A stretch of DNA of 64,000 bases, from sequence record DRR723986_5306. One strand, given 5' to 3'. The first letter of the stretch is position 1, and each line of letters starts with the position of its first letter. The notes below the pieces were generated by a model. It saw nothing but the letters and a program-made list of their open reading frames with translations. It searched no databases and was not told the origin of the DNA. Position numbers and translations under genes: made by a program. Shown in pieces: positions 19,101 through 28,355 of this stretch.

Positions 19101-19933
19101 AAGGCAATTTGTGGAAATTCGACTTGCGTGGCAGCACGACCAGTAAATGGGATGTCGCACTGAAATCCGGCACCAAACCCGCACCGCTGTTCACTGCAGT
19201 CGATGACAATGGTGATCCTCAGCCAATTACGAGCCGACCAACGGTTGGCAATCATCAAGAAGGCGGGTATTACGTTTATTTTGGTACCGGTAAGTTCTTC
19301 GAAACCGGGGATGCCAAGGTGGGCAATAGCCCGCAATTGCAGGACTTCTACGGCATTCGGGATGTCGATGCGGTAGTAAGTCGCTCGGACTTGCTGGTGC
19401 AGGATGTGATCTTCGAGCAGGTGGGCGTCACCAAAGACGGCAGTAACACCCCATTTCAAGTACGCCTCGTGACCAATAAAGCGGCGGATGACGCGCCTGA
19501 TTACGGTTGGCGCCTACCGTTGCAGCCACCAAATGATAGCGTCGAGGGCGAGCGCGCAGTATCGCGCCCGATACTACGAAATGGTCGTATCGTGTTTACC
19601 ACGCTAATACCGACTGACAATATTTGCGGGTTTGGCGGACGTAGTTGGTTGATGGAATTGGATGCGCAGACAGGCGGCCGTTACGCCGATCCGGTTCTGG
19701 ATACGAACGGTGACGGGCTGATTAACGAGTTGGATGTTGTGCTCTACAACGGTGAGTATTTACCGATAAGTGGCCGCGGCAGTAACGAAATTATTAAGAC
19801 CCCCGGTATCGTTGGCGCTGGTGATATCGAGTATAAGTTCACCTCAGGCAGCAGTGGTACGATCGGTATTGTGGTCGAAAAGGGCGATGACAACGGTATT
19901 GTTGGGCGACAGTCTTGGAGACAATTGCAGTAA
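16151..19933 (+). CDS. pilY1: Type IV pilus tip adhesin PilY1/PilC
   Basis: Signal peptide; vWA MIDAS DDSGSM; NFANWYSYYR; beta-propeller motifs LGDIVNS, GANDGMLHGF, YVDG, YAGDLQGNLWKFD; C-terminal RQSWRQL. Confidence 0.93.
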   Translation: MVFRRVSILPSFLVILALFGAAEAVAQSCTIQEKTTRFLGKNKQNDPYTFSTLESISSVVGIELKNSKNHYCDASSYVINANILTVKKNKGKDKKCKAKFTVEGKKKGCTDSTPANEIAQSPLFLAQNAEPNVMYLLDDSGSMQFELMPGEIIGGSARYIFPRANGIYGSSDYSNYVPTVANNSPYNARSRSPQVNTIYYDPSTTYSPWIKADGSRYPDANVKCAPHNPETSGSSNNRSNCRDLTSTNSNYNSNSWVNCNKSGSCSRDSNTRNFWPATYFWYKGSGDMWSWSSYEKVEIRSGRSYTGHGRSERDDCADAGSATCTYDEEIQNFANWYSYYRSRVSAARAGSGLAFAEQGANLRVGFGSLNSSSQSIDGVSTSVLRKGVRTFEGSDREAFFDELYGLTIPAAGTPLRNALNAAGKYYMRKDSKGPWSERPGTNDSTPDLECRRNYSVLVTDGYWSGSDVSGDPGKNNDGSNNPSHSSPTGNSYTYKAASPFSDSRDDTLADVAMYYWKNDLRNDLDNVVPVTKGNPAFWQHMVTFGVGLGVTGTIDPDTAFAAIESGASISWPNPTSADQHKIDDLLHAAVNSRGGFFSAADPGTFADELSDALQVIANEAKSSASAIAANSTRLDSGTLVYQASFNSLDWSGRMVAYKVNDDGTLGDVKWDSQKDSYGAVSSRKVFTAVGAPGALTTTAVDFSTSSWSLLDTTQRDALRNGGSNADGQLLLNWLRGDRSQEGKAFRSRGAILGDIVNSDPAFSGNLDDYGFHVLSGTEGSTYRTFLKSKKARPPFLVVGANDGMLHGFHADNGKELFSFMPAASYPAIAELADPDYQHRYYVDGSPRVSDAYLANKWRTVTVAAMGAGGRSVFAVDVTDPEAMSKNNFLWEFSTSSSDTDKLGVAMSAPAIARLAAGNQWVAVFGNGYNSGDNVKLFIVDLADGKLLKAIDTGITGSGNGLASPVPVDVDGDRVTDFVYAGDLQGNLWKFDLRGSTTSKWDVALKSGTKPAPLFTAVDDNGDPQPITSRPTVGNHQEGGYYVYFGTGKFFETGDAKVGNSPQLQDFYGIRDVDAVVSRSDLLVQDVIFEQVGVTKDGSNTPFQVRLVTNKAADDAPDYGWRLPLQPPNDSVEGERAVSRPILRNGRIVFTTLIPTDNICGFGGRSWLMELDAQTGGRYADPVLDTNGDGLINELDVVLYNGEYLPISGRGSNEIIKTPGIVGAGDIEYKFTSGSSGTIGIVVEKGDDNGIVGRQSWRQLQ

Positions 19934-20382
19934 TGGCTACGCGGCGATTAATTAAGGGCTTTACGCTGATTGAATTAATGATAACGGTGGCAATTGTCGC
20001 GATACTCGCGTCAATTGCTTATCCCAGTTACCAAGAGCAGGTCGCTAAGTCGCGGCGTAGCGAAGCCGCTAATGCCCTTATGACAGGGGCTCAGGCACTT
20101 GAGCGCTATTATTCAGCAAACGGTCGCTATACAACGACCGCGGGTGGTAGTGACCTGCCAGCGGTATTTCCAACGCGCGTCCCTGAAAATGGTGGTGTGT
20201 ACTACACAATTTCCGTTGACGGCACGCCCAGCGCAAATGCCTTTACGCTTATCGCTACACGCCAGGGCACAATGGCAGGTGATAACTGTGGCAACTTCAC
20301 CTACAACCAAGCTGGAGAGATGGCGCTTAAAAATAAACCTTCCGGCTCGGCGAAAACACTGGCAGATTGTTGGCGCCGTTAG
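19933..20382 (+). CDS. pilE: Type IV pilus minor pilin PilE
   Basis: G|FTLIELMITVAIVAILASIAYPSY...RRSEA...ERYY; C-terminal disulfide pair (GDNC...DCW). Confidence 0.92.
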   Translation: MATRRLIKGFTLIELMITVAIVAILASIAYPSYQEQVAKSRRSEAANALMTGAQALERYYSANGRYTTTAGGSDLPAVFPTRVPENGGVYYTISVDGTPSANAFTLIATRQGTMAGDNCGNFTYNQAGEMALKNKPSGSAKTLADCWRR

Positions 20383-20504
20383 CGCTTTTAGGTGCAGCCT
20401 ATCTTTGAGATATTCGTTGATCATGAATGCCGTTGCTGCACATCAATTACTAGTGTAGGCCCGGTGAGTGGTGGTGGTCGACGTGTTGGAGTAGTGGACT
20501 TCCT

Positions 20505-20963
20505 ATGATTATTTTACGTTCCCACAGTAAAGCATTTACCCTGCTGGAGCTGCTGGTAACCATCGCTGTTGTTGCCATTGTCACGGCTGTCGCGGCACCG
20601 TCGTTCACAAATATTGTAGAGCGCCAACGGGTGTCTGGTGTCAGTTACGCCCTTAGGTCGTCCATTGAATTCGCGCGTAGCGAGGCGATTAAGAGAAATA
20701 CTGTTATCAGTGTGTCGCGAGTAGGTGATAGCTGGAACAATGGGTGGCAGGTTGCAGAGGGGACGACCATTTTAGAGAGCTCCCCAGCGCTTACGGCTGT
20801 TAATATTTCCAGTGCGGTAACGAGCTTGCAGTTTGACGGTTCTGGGCGTGCTGGCACGGCGTCGACATTCGGGATCAAAGCGAGCTCGGGCAACAGTGAT
20901 TCAGCATTTTGTCTCAGAACGAACTTGAACGGCCAGGTGCGTGGAAACAAAGGCAGTTGTTAG
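20505..20963 (+). CDS. fimU: GspH/FimT family minor pilin (FimU-like)
   Basis: A|FTLLELLVTIAVV...APSF...ARSEAIKR...W..GW; Ala rather than Gly at -1. Confidence 0.72.
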   Translation: MIILRSHSKAFTLLELLVTIAVVAIVTAVAAPSFTNIVERQRVSGVSYALRSSIEFARSEAIKRNTVISVSRVGDSWNNGWQVAEGTTILESSPALTAVNISSAVTSLQFDGSGRAGTASTFGIKASSGNSDSAFCLRTNLNGQVRGNKGSC

Positions 20964-21001
20964 CGAACCCTGAGTAATGGTGCAGGTTAGCGCATACGGC
21001 T

Positions 21002-22354
21002 TTAGTCGAGGTTGTACTTCTTTAGTTTGTAGCGAAATTGCCGGAAGGTAAGCCCCAGCAACTTCGCTGACTCCGTCTTATTGCCCTGTTGGGCTTTTAG
21101 CGCGGCATTGATAATGTTTTGTTCAATGCTCGCCAGATACCCCTCCACGTCTCCGATAGCTGCCGATAGGTGGTCGGTATGTTTATCCGGGTTCACGCTG
21201 CTATTTGATGCCGGTAGCGATAGGTCCTTGGCAGTGATGATCTCGTCGTCGCACAGTGTTGCGGCGCGTTCAATAATGTTTTCCAACTCGCGGACATTGC
21301 CGGGAAAGGGGTAACTGCTCAGCGCATTAAGAGCATCTTCACTGAGGCGGGGGGCCGGTATACCCCACTCGCTAGCGATTTTCTCTAGCATAAAGTTGGC
21401 TAGTAACGGGATGTCGCTGACCCGTTGCCGCAGGCTGGGCACCGCGACCTCGATAACGTTAATACGGTAGAACAGGTCACTGCGGAAGTGTTCTGAGGCG
21501 ACTTCGCGGGATAGGTCTCTATGCGTGGCACTGAGTATGCGAACGTCGACGGCAATTTCCTCATTTGAACCGATGCGTCGCACTGCCTTTTCCTGAATGG
21601 CACGAAGTAGTTTAACCTGCATATTCAGCGGCAGGTCGGCGACTTCGTCCAGGAAGAGAGTGCCGCCATTGGCGGCTTCAAATAAGCCTTCCTTATCACC
21701 GTAGGCGCCAGTAAAACTGCCCTTAACATGACCAAAGAACTCACTTTCGACAAGCTCGTCGGGGATGGCGCCACAGTTCACTGGGACAAAGGGAGCATTG
21801 CGGCGCGGCCCATTGGCGTGGATCATGCGCGCCACCACTTCCTTGCCACTGCCCGACTCGCCACTGATGTAAACGGGAGCCTGGCTGCGGGCAAGCTTGG
21901 TGATTTGCTGGCGCAGTCGGCTGATAACGTCGGTTTCGCCGAGTAAGCGGGTGTTGCGGCTGCTGTCGATGGCGGTGGCGCTGCTACTCTCCAGTTGCAG
22001 GGCGGTTTTGATCAGGTTGCGCAACTGCTCAATAGACACCGGCTTGTTGATGAAGTCGAATGCCCCCGCCTTTAGCGCCTCAACGGCGAGCTCTGTGCTG
22101 CCGTAGGCGGTTAACACCGCAACGGCGGTTTCGCTGCAGTGCTGCTGGATGTGGTGAACGACGTCCAAGCCCGAGCCATCTGGCAATTTGATATCGGTAA
22201 GACAAAGTTGAATAGTGTTTTGCTGCAGGAGCGAGATAGCGTCACTGACACAGCCGACCGACTCGGTGTGAAGGCCCATGCGACTGATGGTAATTTCCAG
22301 AAGTTCGCGAATATCCGGTTCGTCGTCAATGATGAGTACGGTTTTCTGTGTCAT
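21002..22354 (-). CDS. pilR: Sigma54-dependent response regulator PilR
   Basis: REC (IIDDEPDIRELL), AAA+ GESGSGKE and GSFTGA, C-terminal Fis HTH (LGLTFRQFRYKLKK). Confidence 0.94.
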   Translation of the reverse strand: MTQKTVLIIDDEPDIRELLEITISRMGLHTESVGCVSDAISLLQQNTIQLCLTDIKLPDGSGLDVVHHIQQHCSETAVAVLTAYGSTELAVEALKAGAFDFINKPVSIEQLRNLIKTALQLESSSATAIDSSRNTRLLGETDVISRLRQQITKLARSQAPVYISGESGSGKEVVARMIHANGPRRNAPFVPVNCGAIPDELVESEFFGHVKGSFTGAYGDKEGLFEAANGGTLFLDEVADLPLNMQVKLLRAIQEKAVRRIGSNEEIAVDVRILSATHRDLSREVASEHFRSDLFYRINVIEVAVPSLRQRVSDIPLLANFMLEKIASEWGIPAPRLSEDALNALSSYPFPGNVRELENIIERAATLCDDEIITAKDLSLPASNSSVNPDKHTDHLSAAIGDVEGYLASIEQNIINAALKAQQGNKTESAKLLGLTFRQFRYKLKKYNLD

Positions 22355-22369
22355 ATCGGCTTGTCAGTC

Positions 22370-23962
22370 TTAATCGGGGAACGCGCTGCGCTGCGGGTGG
22401 GCGAATTGTAATCGAAAACAGCTGTCGCCGCTGGGTTCCCGCCGGTAGCTAATTGCGATTTGGTTCGCCAGGCAGAGCTCGCGGCAAAGGTACAAGCCGA
22501 GCCCATTGCCCTGAGACTCCGTGGTGAAAAAGGGCTCAAAGATTTTGTCTTGATTGTCCTGTGAAATGCCGGGGCCATTATCGATGATATCCAGTGTTAC
22601 ACCGCCGCTAATACCGTTGCTCAAACGGTAGCGGATAACGGCCTTGTCGGCCTCTGCCAGGCTATGGCGAATACCGTTTTCCGTAATATTGTTCAGTATC
22701 TGGTTTAGCTGGCTTTGGTCGACATTCACCGTGTCGTTACTGCATTGTGAGTCGTCCGTTAGCAGCTGAATTTGCCCCTGATGAACGCTGTGCCAGTCCC
22801 GGCAAAAGCGCTGCAACCAGGGCATTAGTGCGAAGGCTTCAGGTTTGGGCAGTCGGCCGCGAGACAGCTCGAGAACATTTTTTACAATATCGTCCATGCG
22901 TTTTGCATGGTTTTGGATAATGCCGACAAAGCGCGCATCGCCGTCGTCGAGGTGAGGGCCTTCGGCGAGCAGTTGTGCCGCATGGCTGATTGCCGAAAGA
23001 GGGTTGCGTATTTCATGCGCGATGCTGGCGGTGAAGCGCCCAAGGGAGGCAAGCTTCAAGTTTTGCGCGCGCTGATTGATCTTGCTGATATTTTCAATAT
23101 ACAGCAGGAAGTCTTCGTCGTTGTCTTGGTCCAGCTGGGCGATGTTGACGTGTAATTCCACGCCCGAGGGCTGCAGCTGAATGATTTTCGACAAGCTGCT
23201 ACCCGGTGCAGTGAGGGCGGTGATTTGCGGGGGAGCATAGAGTGAATCGGGGCGACGTTGGTAGGGGACTTGCAAGAGCTCTGCGGCGGCGGCATTGCAG
23301 AGCTTGATGCGGCCACTGCGTGACATGACCACAATGCCGGTCTGCATTCGCTGCACAATGCTTTGGTTGATTTGCGAGAGCCGCTCTAAGTCACTGCGGC
23401 GACGCTCTGCCAACTGCTGAGCGGAAATAATTCGTTGGCTGAGGTAGCGAATGGCAATGGCTGTCGAAAAATAGGCCATCCCCATCATGCCAGCGACGAC
23501 AAATTGCTGGGTCTCTACGCGCTCGTACAGGGTGTTAGCTGCGACCTCGGCGATGGCGCTGATGGTCGCCAGCGAGGCCAGAGACAGGCACAAGCGGGCG
23601 GGTAAGGTCATGCTGGCTGCGCTGATGCTAACCATCAACAGGGAGGCGAGGCCAGAGTCGGCGCTTGCCGAGCAGTAGCTCATCAGCATGATGCAGCCAA
23701 TGTCGATGAAAAATTCGAAGAACAGCCCCGTGTCGTGATAGTGACGACTGGTCAGCAAGTGCTGGAACAAGGCAAGCAGTGAAAAAGCCAAGTAAGCAAA
23801 GGAAATCAGCGAATAGATGCCGGGGGCGGTGCTTCCCAGCACCGATTGACTGAAGCCGTAAATGAAGATGAAAAACAGCGCGCTGGCTAGCAGCAGGCGG
23901 TACACCGCATATACCCGCATGACGGCGCGGCGTTGGCTGTGGTCGATGCTGGCGCTATGCAT
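22370..23962 (-). CDS. pilS: Sensor histidine kinase PilS
   Basis: About six N-terminal TMs, PAS-like region, KLASLGRFTASIAHEIRNPL H-box, N/G boxes; start moved to ATG 23962. Confidence 0.92.
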   Translation of the reverse strand: MHSASIDHSQRRAVMRVYAVYRLLLASALFFIFIYGFSQSVLGSTAPGIYSLISFAYLAFSLLALFQHLLTSRHYHDTGLFFEFFIDIGCIMLMSYCSASADSGLASLLMVSISAASMTLPARLCLSLASLATISAIAEVAANTLYERVETQQFVVAGMMGMAYFSTAIAIRYLSQRIISAQQLAERRRSDLERLSQINQSIVQRMQTGIVVMSRSGRIKLCNAAAAELLQVPYQRRPDSLYAPPQITALTAPGSSLSKIIQLQPSGVELHVNIAQLDQDNDEDFLLYIENISKINQRAQNLKLASLGRFTASIAHEIRNPLSAISHAAQLLAEGPHLDDGDARFVGIIQNHAKRMDDIVKNVLELSRGRLPKPEAFALMPWLQRFCRDWHSVHQGQIQLLTDDSQCSNDTVNVDQSQLNQILNNITENGIRHSLAEADKAVIRYRLSNGISGGVTLDIIDNGPGISQDNQDKIFEPFFTTESQGNGLGLYLCRELCLANQIAISYRREPSGDSCFRLQFAHPQRSAFPD

Positions 23963-24088
23963 GATGCTCTCGTTCAGATAATGCCAATAAGTGTATCTGG
24001 CAATTCCTGCGGATGCACATCGCGAGTTTTGATAGAATGCCTGCGCACCGCGGTAAGCCAACGCCTATTAACGGGGATACACAGATTC

Positions 24089-25717
24089 ATGACCACGCTT
24101 CGTATTGTTACTGCTCAGATCAACCCGGTAGTAGGGGACATCGAAGGCAACACCGACAAAATTCTCAACGCCGTTGAACAGGCAATGCAGGCGCACAACC
24201 CCCAGCTCATATTGTTCCCAGAGCTTGTTGTAACGGGGTATCCACCCGAAGATTTGCTGCTGCGCAGCAGCATCAGCCATCGGGTAGAGCGCGCGTTGGC
24301 GCGCATTGCCAAAGCCGCGAAAGAGACCTATATCGTTGTTGGCTATCCGCGCAGCCGAGAGCAGGGTTTGTACAACACGGCCGGGGTGTTCTACCGCGGC
24401 CGTTTGCTCCACGAATACCACAAGCAATGTTTGCCGAACTACCGCGTATTTGATGAAAAGCGCTACTTCAAAGAAGGCCGTGAAAGCGTCGTCTTTGACC
24501 TGTTTGGTGTGCCCACGGCGCTGAGTATTTGCGAAGACATTTGGCAGGATGGCCCCACCGCGGCTGCCAGAGCCGCCGGGGCACAGCTGATGCTGAATAT
24601 GAGCGCCTCGCCCTTCCATGCGGGTAAGCAGATAGAGCGCGAAGCCCTGCTGGCGCAACGGGCCTGGCAAGGCGGAATGCCCATCGTCTACTGCAATTTG
24701 GTGGGTGGACAGGACGAACTGGTGTTTGATGGCGCGTCAATGGTGGTTTCCAAAGAGGGCGAATTACTGGCGCGAAGCCCCGCCTATGTCGAGCATCTGG
24801 CCTGTGTTACCGCACATTGGCAGGACGGCACGCTGAGCATTGATGAAGGGGCGGTGACCGACCTTAAGCCGGTGCTGGACGATGTCTACGAAACGCTGGT
24901 GCTGGGGGTGCGCGACTACGTTGAGAAAAATGGCTTTAAGGGCGTGGTGTTGGGTTTGTCAGGCGGTATTGATTCCGGTTTGACGCTGGCGATTGCCGTA
25001 GACGCGCTGGGCCCTGAGCGCGTGGAGGCGGTGATGATGCCCTTTCGCTACACGGCGTCCATGAGCGTTGAAGATGCCGAGGAACAGGCGAATATGTTGG
25101 GTGTGCGCTACTCCTGTCTGTCGATCGAGCCGATGTACGACGCCTTCATGGCGACGTTGGCAGACGAGTTTGCCGGCACCCAAGTCGATACCACGGAGCA
25201 GAACCTACAGGCCCGCTGTCGTGGTGTTCTGTTGATGGCAATCTCCAATAAAAAGGGCTACCTGGTCCTCACCACGGGCAACAAAAGCGAAGTGGCGGTC
25301 GGTTACTCGACGCTATACGGCGATATGGCCGGTGGCTTTGACGTACTGAAAGATGTCGCTAAAACCCGGGTGTTTGAACTGGCTCGCTATCGCAATACTC
25401 GCTCTCCAGCGATCCCGCAGCGCGTTATCGACAGGCCGCCCTCGGCTGAGTTGGCGCCAGATCAGAAAGATGAAGACAACCTGCCGCCCTACGATACGCT
25501 GGATGAAATCCTGGAGCGCTATATCGAGCGCGATGAAAGCGCTGAAGCGATTATCGCCGATGGCTTTGACCGCGACACCGTGTATAGGGTACTGCGCCTG
25601 GTCGATTTAAACGAGTACAAGCGCCGGCAAGCGCCGATTGGTACGCGTATCACCGAGAGAGGCTTCGGGCGTGACCGTCGCTATCCCATCACTCAGAAAT
25701 GGCCGATTGGTGACTAA
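24089..25717 (+). CDS. nadE: Glutamine-dependent NAD+ synthetase
   Basis: Nitrilase-like domain with E-K-C triad (FPEL, YHKQ, ICED), SGGIDS, TGNKSE, YSTLYGDM, PPSAEL. Confidence 0.96.
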   Translation: MTTLRIVTAQINPVVGDIEGNTDKILNAVEQAMQAHNPQLILFPELVVTGYPPEDLLLRSSISHRVERALARIAKAAKETYIVVGYPRSREQGLYNTAGVFYRGRLLHEYHKQCLPNYRVFDEKRYFKEGRESVVFDLFGVPTALSICEDIWQDGPTAAARAAGAQLMLNMSASPFHAGKQIEREALLAQRAWQGGMPIVYCNLVGGQDELVFDGASMVVSKEGELLARSPAYVEHLACVTAHWQDGTLSIDEGAVTDLKPVLDDVYETLVLGVRDYVEKNGFKGVVLGLSGGIDSGLTLAIAVDALGPERVEAVMMPFRYTASMSVEDAEEQANMLGVRYSCLSIEPMYDAFMATLADEFAGTQVDTTEQNLQARCRGVLLMAISNKKGYLVLTTGNKSEVAVGYSTLYGDMAGGFDVLKDVAKTRVFELARYRNTRSPAIPQRVIDRPPSAELAPDQKDEDNLPPYDTLDEILERYIERDESAEAIIADGFDRDTVYRVLRLVDLNEYKRRQAPIGTRITERGFGRDRRYPITQKWPIGD

Positions 25718-26116
25718 GCTGTACGGCGCGAAGCAGGGCTCTTTAAGCCGGCGGCCACCCACTGTCTAGAGGCTACCTCCCTCAATAGAGCGCAGCGCTA
25801 TTCACACTTCCCGAAATATTTTTGAAGATCGGCGCTCGCCGCCGCGCAAGGCCTGTGCGGCGCCTCAAGTGTGTTGGCGATAACGCGGCGGTTGGCAGAG
25901 AAGCGCAAACCGTCAGCGGGCTTTTCCCTTCCATCGGTACATATCTAAGTTAGCTTGCCAGTATCAACATCTAAAATCACGTTTCCAAACGTATTACTCG
26001 ATTATTCGGTCAAACTGGCCAAAAGCACAGGGAATGGTGTGACTTTCGATGTAGTCTCTATAATCCCAGTGGCTTTAAACAACAATAATGTAAGCAGCCT
26101 CGAGGGAAGGAATCGT

Positions 26117-28186
26117 ATGCCCCCCCATCTGACTAGTAGTGAGCGGACACTCGCTCGTTTTTCAATGTTTTTCACCTGCATTGTTGGCGCGCAGCTGGCA
26201 ATGGCGAATCAGCATATTGAAGAGGTTTTCGTAGAGGGGCGGCGGGGCGATTTACTCGGTATCGCGCGCTCGGCTTCTGAGGGCACAATCAGCCAACTCG
26301 ACCTCGCTCTGCGGCCTATTCAGCGCCCGGGAGATATTTTGGAAGCAATTCCTGGCCTGATTGTTACTCAGCACAGTGGTTCGGGTAAATCTAACCAGAT
26401 GTTTTTGCGTGGCTTTAATTTGGACCACGGCACCGATTTCGCCACGTGGATTGATGGTATGCCCGTCAATATGCGTACCCATGCACACGGGCAGGGCTAT
26501 ACCGACGTGAACTTTCTGATTCCAGAGGTGATTGCAAACCTGCGTTATGTGAAGGGCCCGTACCACGCTGAACTCGGAGATTTTTCATCGGCGGGTGGCG
26601 TTCACATTAGCACCTACCGAAAAGCACCCGTTAACCGTTTACAGCTCGAAGTCGGCGAAGATAGCTATAACCGGCTTCTCGCGATGGGGGGCGTCGATAT
26701 TGCCAACCAGCACCTATTCGCGGCGATTGAAAGCCAATATTTCGACGGACCCTGGGAAGATGTTGAGGGTAACGCTCAGAAGCTGAACGGCCTACTTCGC
26801 CTTAGCGGTGACGATAGCCAGGGCCTCGAGTGGAGCGTGTCGGCAATGTTCTATGACAATGACTGGGACTCTGCAGACCAAATTCCACAACGCGCCGTCG
26901 ACCAAAAAATAATCAGCGAATTTGGATCCATTGATGACAGTTTGGGGGGAAACTCCCGCCGCTCGAGCCTTTCAACCCAATTTCGTCACCAGGGAGACAG
27001 CCTGGCTCGGTCATGGGGCGCTTATGTGATCAATTACGATATGCAGCTCTGGTCTAACTTCACCTACTTTATCGATGACCCCCTGAATGGCGATCAGTTC
27101 GAGCAGCGTGATAAACGCCGTATTTTTGGTGGCTATTGGAAGCAGAACTGGTCAAGTGGGGGACAGGAGCAATTCCGTCAAAATGTGGGGCTAGAGTTCC
27201 GGCACGATGATATCGATGAAGTCGGCCTCTATCGCACTGTTGCGCGTCAACGGTTCGCTACCACCCGTCAAGACCGTGTCGACCAGAGCAGTGTGGCGTT
27301 GTTTTACGAACTAGCGTGGCAAGTCAGTGAGCGCTGGCGAACGACGCTCGGCCTGCGCGGTGATTACTATACCTTCGACGTTAATTCAGATTCCCCGTTA
27401 AACAGTGGTGAAGCTAACGATGGTATTATCAGCCCAAAAGCCAGCCTCGCTTATTCGCTCTCGTCAGCGAGCGAATTATATGTCAGCGTCGGGCGAGGGT
27501 TTCACTCCAATGACGCGCGGGGCACGACAATTACCGTAGACCCGGTTACAAACAACGCGGTAGACAGGGTTGACCCGTTGGTTCGGTCGACTGGTGCTGA
27601 GGTAGGGATTAAAAGCCAACCGGTAGACCGATGGAATACCTCGCTCTCACTGTGGTACCTAAAGTTGGACTCCGAACTGCTATTCGTTGGTGACGCCGGT
27701 AACACCGAGGCCAGCCGCCCCAGTCGGCGTTACGGGGTAGAATTTAACAATTTCTTTGTGCTCAGTGATATTTGGACACTGGAGGCTGACCTGGCATGGA
27801 CCGATGCTGAGTTTTCAGATAGCAGCCCGGATGGGAATGAAATTCCCGGGGCACTGCCATTTGTCGCAAGCGCGGGTGTCACGGCCCAAGCGCCAAATGG
27901 TTGGTTTGGTTCCATGCATGTGCGTCATTTCTCAAGCTACCCCCTCATTGAGGATGACAGTGTAGAGTCGGATGGCTCGACTGTTGCAAACGCTTCAGGG
28001 GGTTGGGGCCGGGGCAATCTAAAAATTCAAGTAGATGTACTAAACCTGTTTGACTCTACCGATCACGATATCGACTACTTCTACGCATCGCGCCTTCCCG
28101 GTGAGCCCGCAGGGGGCGTTGAAGATATCCACTATAAAGTACTCGAACCCAGGCAGTGGCGGCTGAAGATCAGTTACGCACTGTGA
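26117..28186 (+). CDS. TonB-dependent outer membrane receptor, His-rich plug
   Basis: Signal peptide, TonB box IEEVFVEG, plug PGLIVTQHSGSGKSNQMFLRGFNLDHGTD...HAHGQGY, C-terminal beta strand LKISYAL; start moved to ATG 26117. Confidence 0.9.
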   Translation: MPPHLTSSERTLARFSMFFTCIVGAQLAMANQHIEEVFVEGRRGDLLGIARSASEGTISQLDLALRPIQRPGDILEAIPGLIVTQHSGSGKSNQMFLRGFNLDHGTDFATWIDGMPVNMRTHAHGQGYTDVNFLIPEVIANLRYVKGPYHAELGDFSSAGGVHISTYRKAPVNRLQLEVGEDSYNRLLAMGGVDIANQHLFAAIESQYFDGPWEDVEGNAQKLNGLLRLSGDDSQGLEWSVSAMFYDNDWDSADQIPQRAVDQKIISEFGSIDDSLGGNSRRSSLSTQFRHQGDSLARSWGAYVINYDMQLWSNFTYFIDDPLNGDQFEQRDKRRIFGGYWKQNWSSGGQEQFRQNVGLEFRHDDIDEVGLYRTVARQRFATTRQDRVDQSSVALFYELAWQVSERWRTTLGLRGDYYTFDVNSDSPLNSGEANDGIISPKASLAYSLSSASELYVSVGRGFHSNDARGTTITVDPVTNNAVDRVDPLVRSTGAEVGIKSQPVDRWNTSLSLWYLKLDSELLFVGDAGNTEASRPSRRYGVEFNNFFVLSDIWTLEADLAWTDAEFSDSSPDGNEIPGALPFVASAGVTAQAPNGWFGSMHVRHFSSYPLIEDDSVESDGSTVANASGGWGRGNLKIQVDVLNLFDSTDHDIDYFYASRLPGEPAGGVEDIHYKVLEPRQWRLKISYAL

Positions 28187-28312
28187 CTGGTCCCTGCTTC
28201 CACTAATGCCCACCAGTCGCTGGAGGGGGGCTGCCTGGGGTGATAGTCGGGTTTGGTTGCAGGTGCTGCGGTTAGTTAGGGTGGCGAGGCAGGGGCTTTA
28301 GGGGGAAGCGGT

Positions 28313-28337
28313 AGAGGGCGATTACTCGCCCCCCTTT
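28313..28337. terminator. Hairpin between convergent TonB receptor and bamD
   Basis: GGGCGA-TTAC-TCGCCC followed by CCTTTT on +; on - it reads as a 9-bp stem with a GTAA tetraloop. Confidence 0.55.
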
Positions 28338-28355
28338 TATTGACTCAATCTCGGC

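Noticed and set aside
20378-20992. Recurrent GTTAGCG at the ends of pilE and fimU suggesting integron attC cores
   Set aside because: Does not match GTTRRRY, no paired inverse core or integrase; mostly explained by TAG stop codons
23933-24088. Overlapping upstream extensions of pilS and nadE in the ORF track
   Set aside because: Both have better downstream ATGs (23962 and 24089), leaving a normal divergent promoter
25961-25997. Possible NikR operator (GTATCA...TATTAC) upstream of the TonB receptor
   Set aside because: Half-site spacing does not fit GTATGA-N16-TCATAC
26025-26075. AGGGAATGGTGTGA resembling the start of a cobalamin riboswitch before the TonB receptor
   Set aside because: No recognisable B12 box or downstream conserved elements; too short to support
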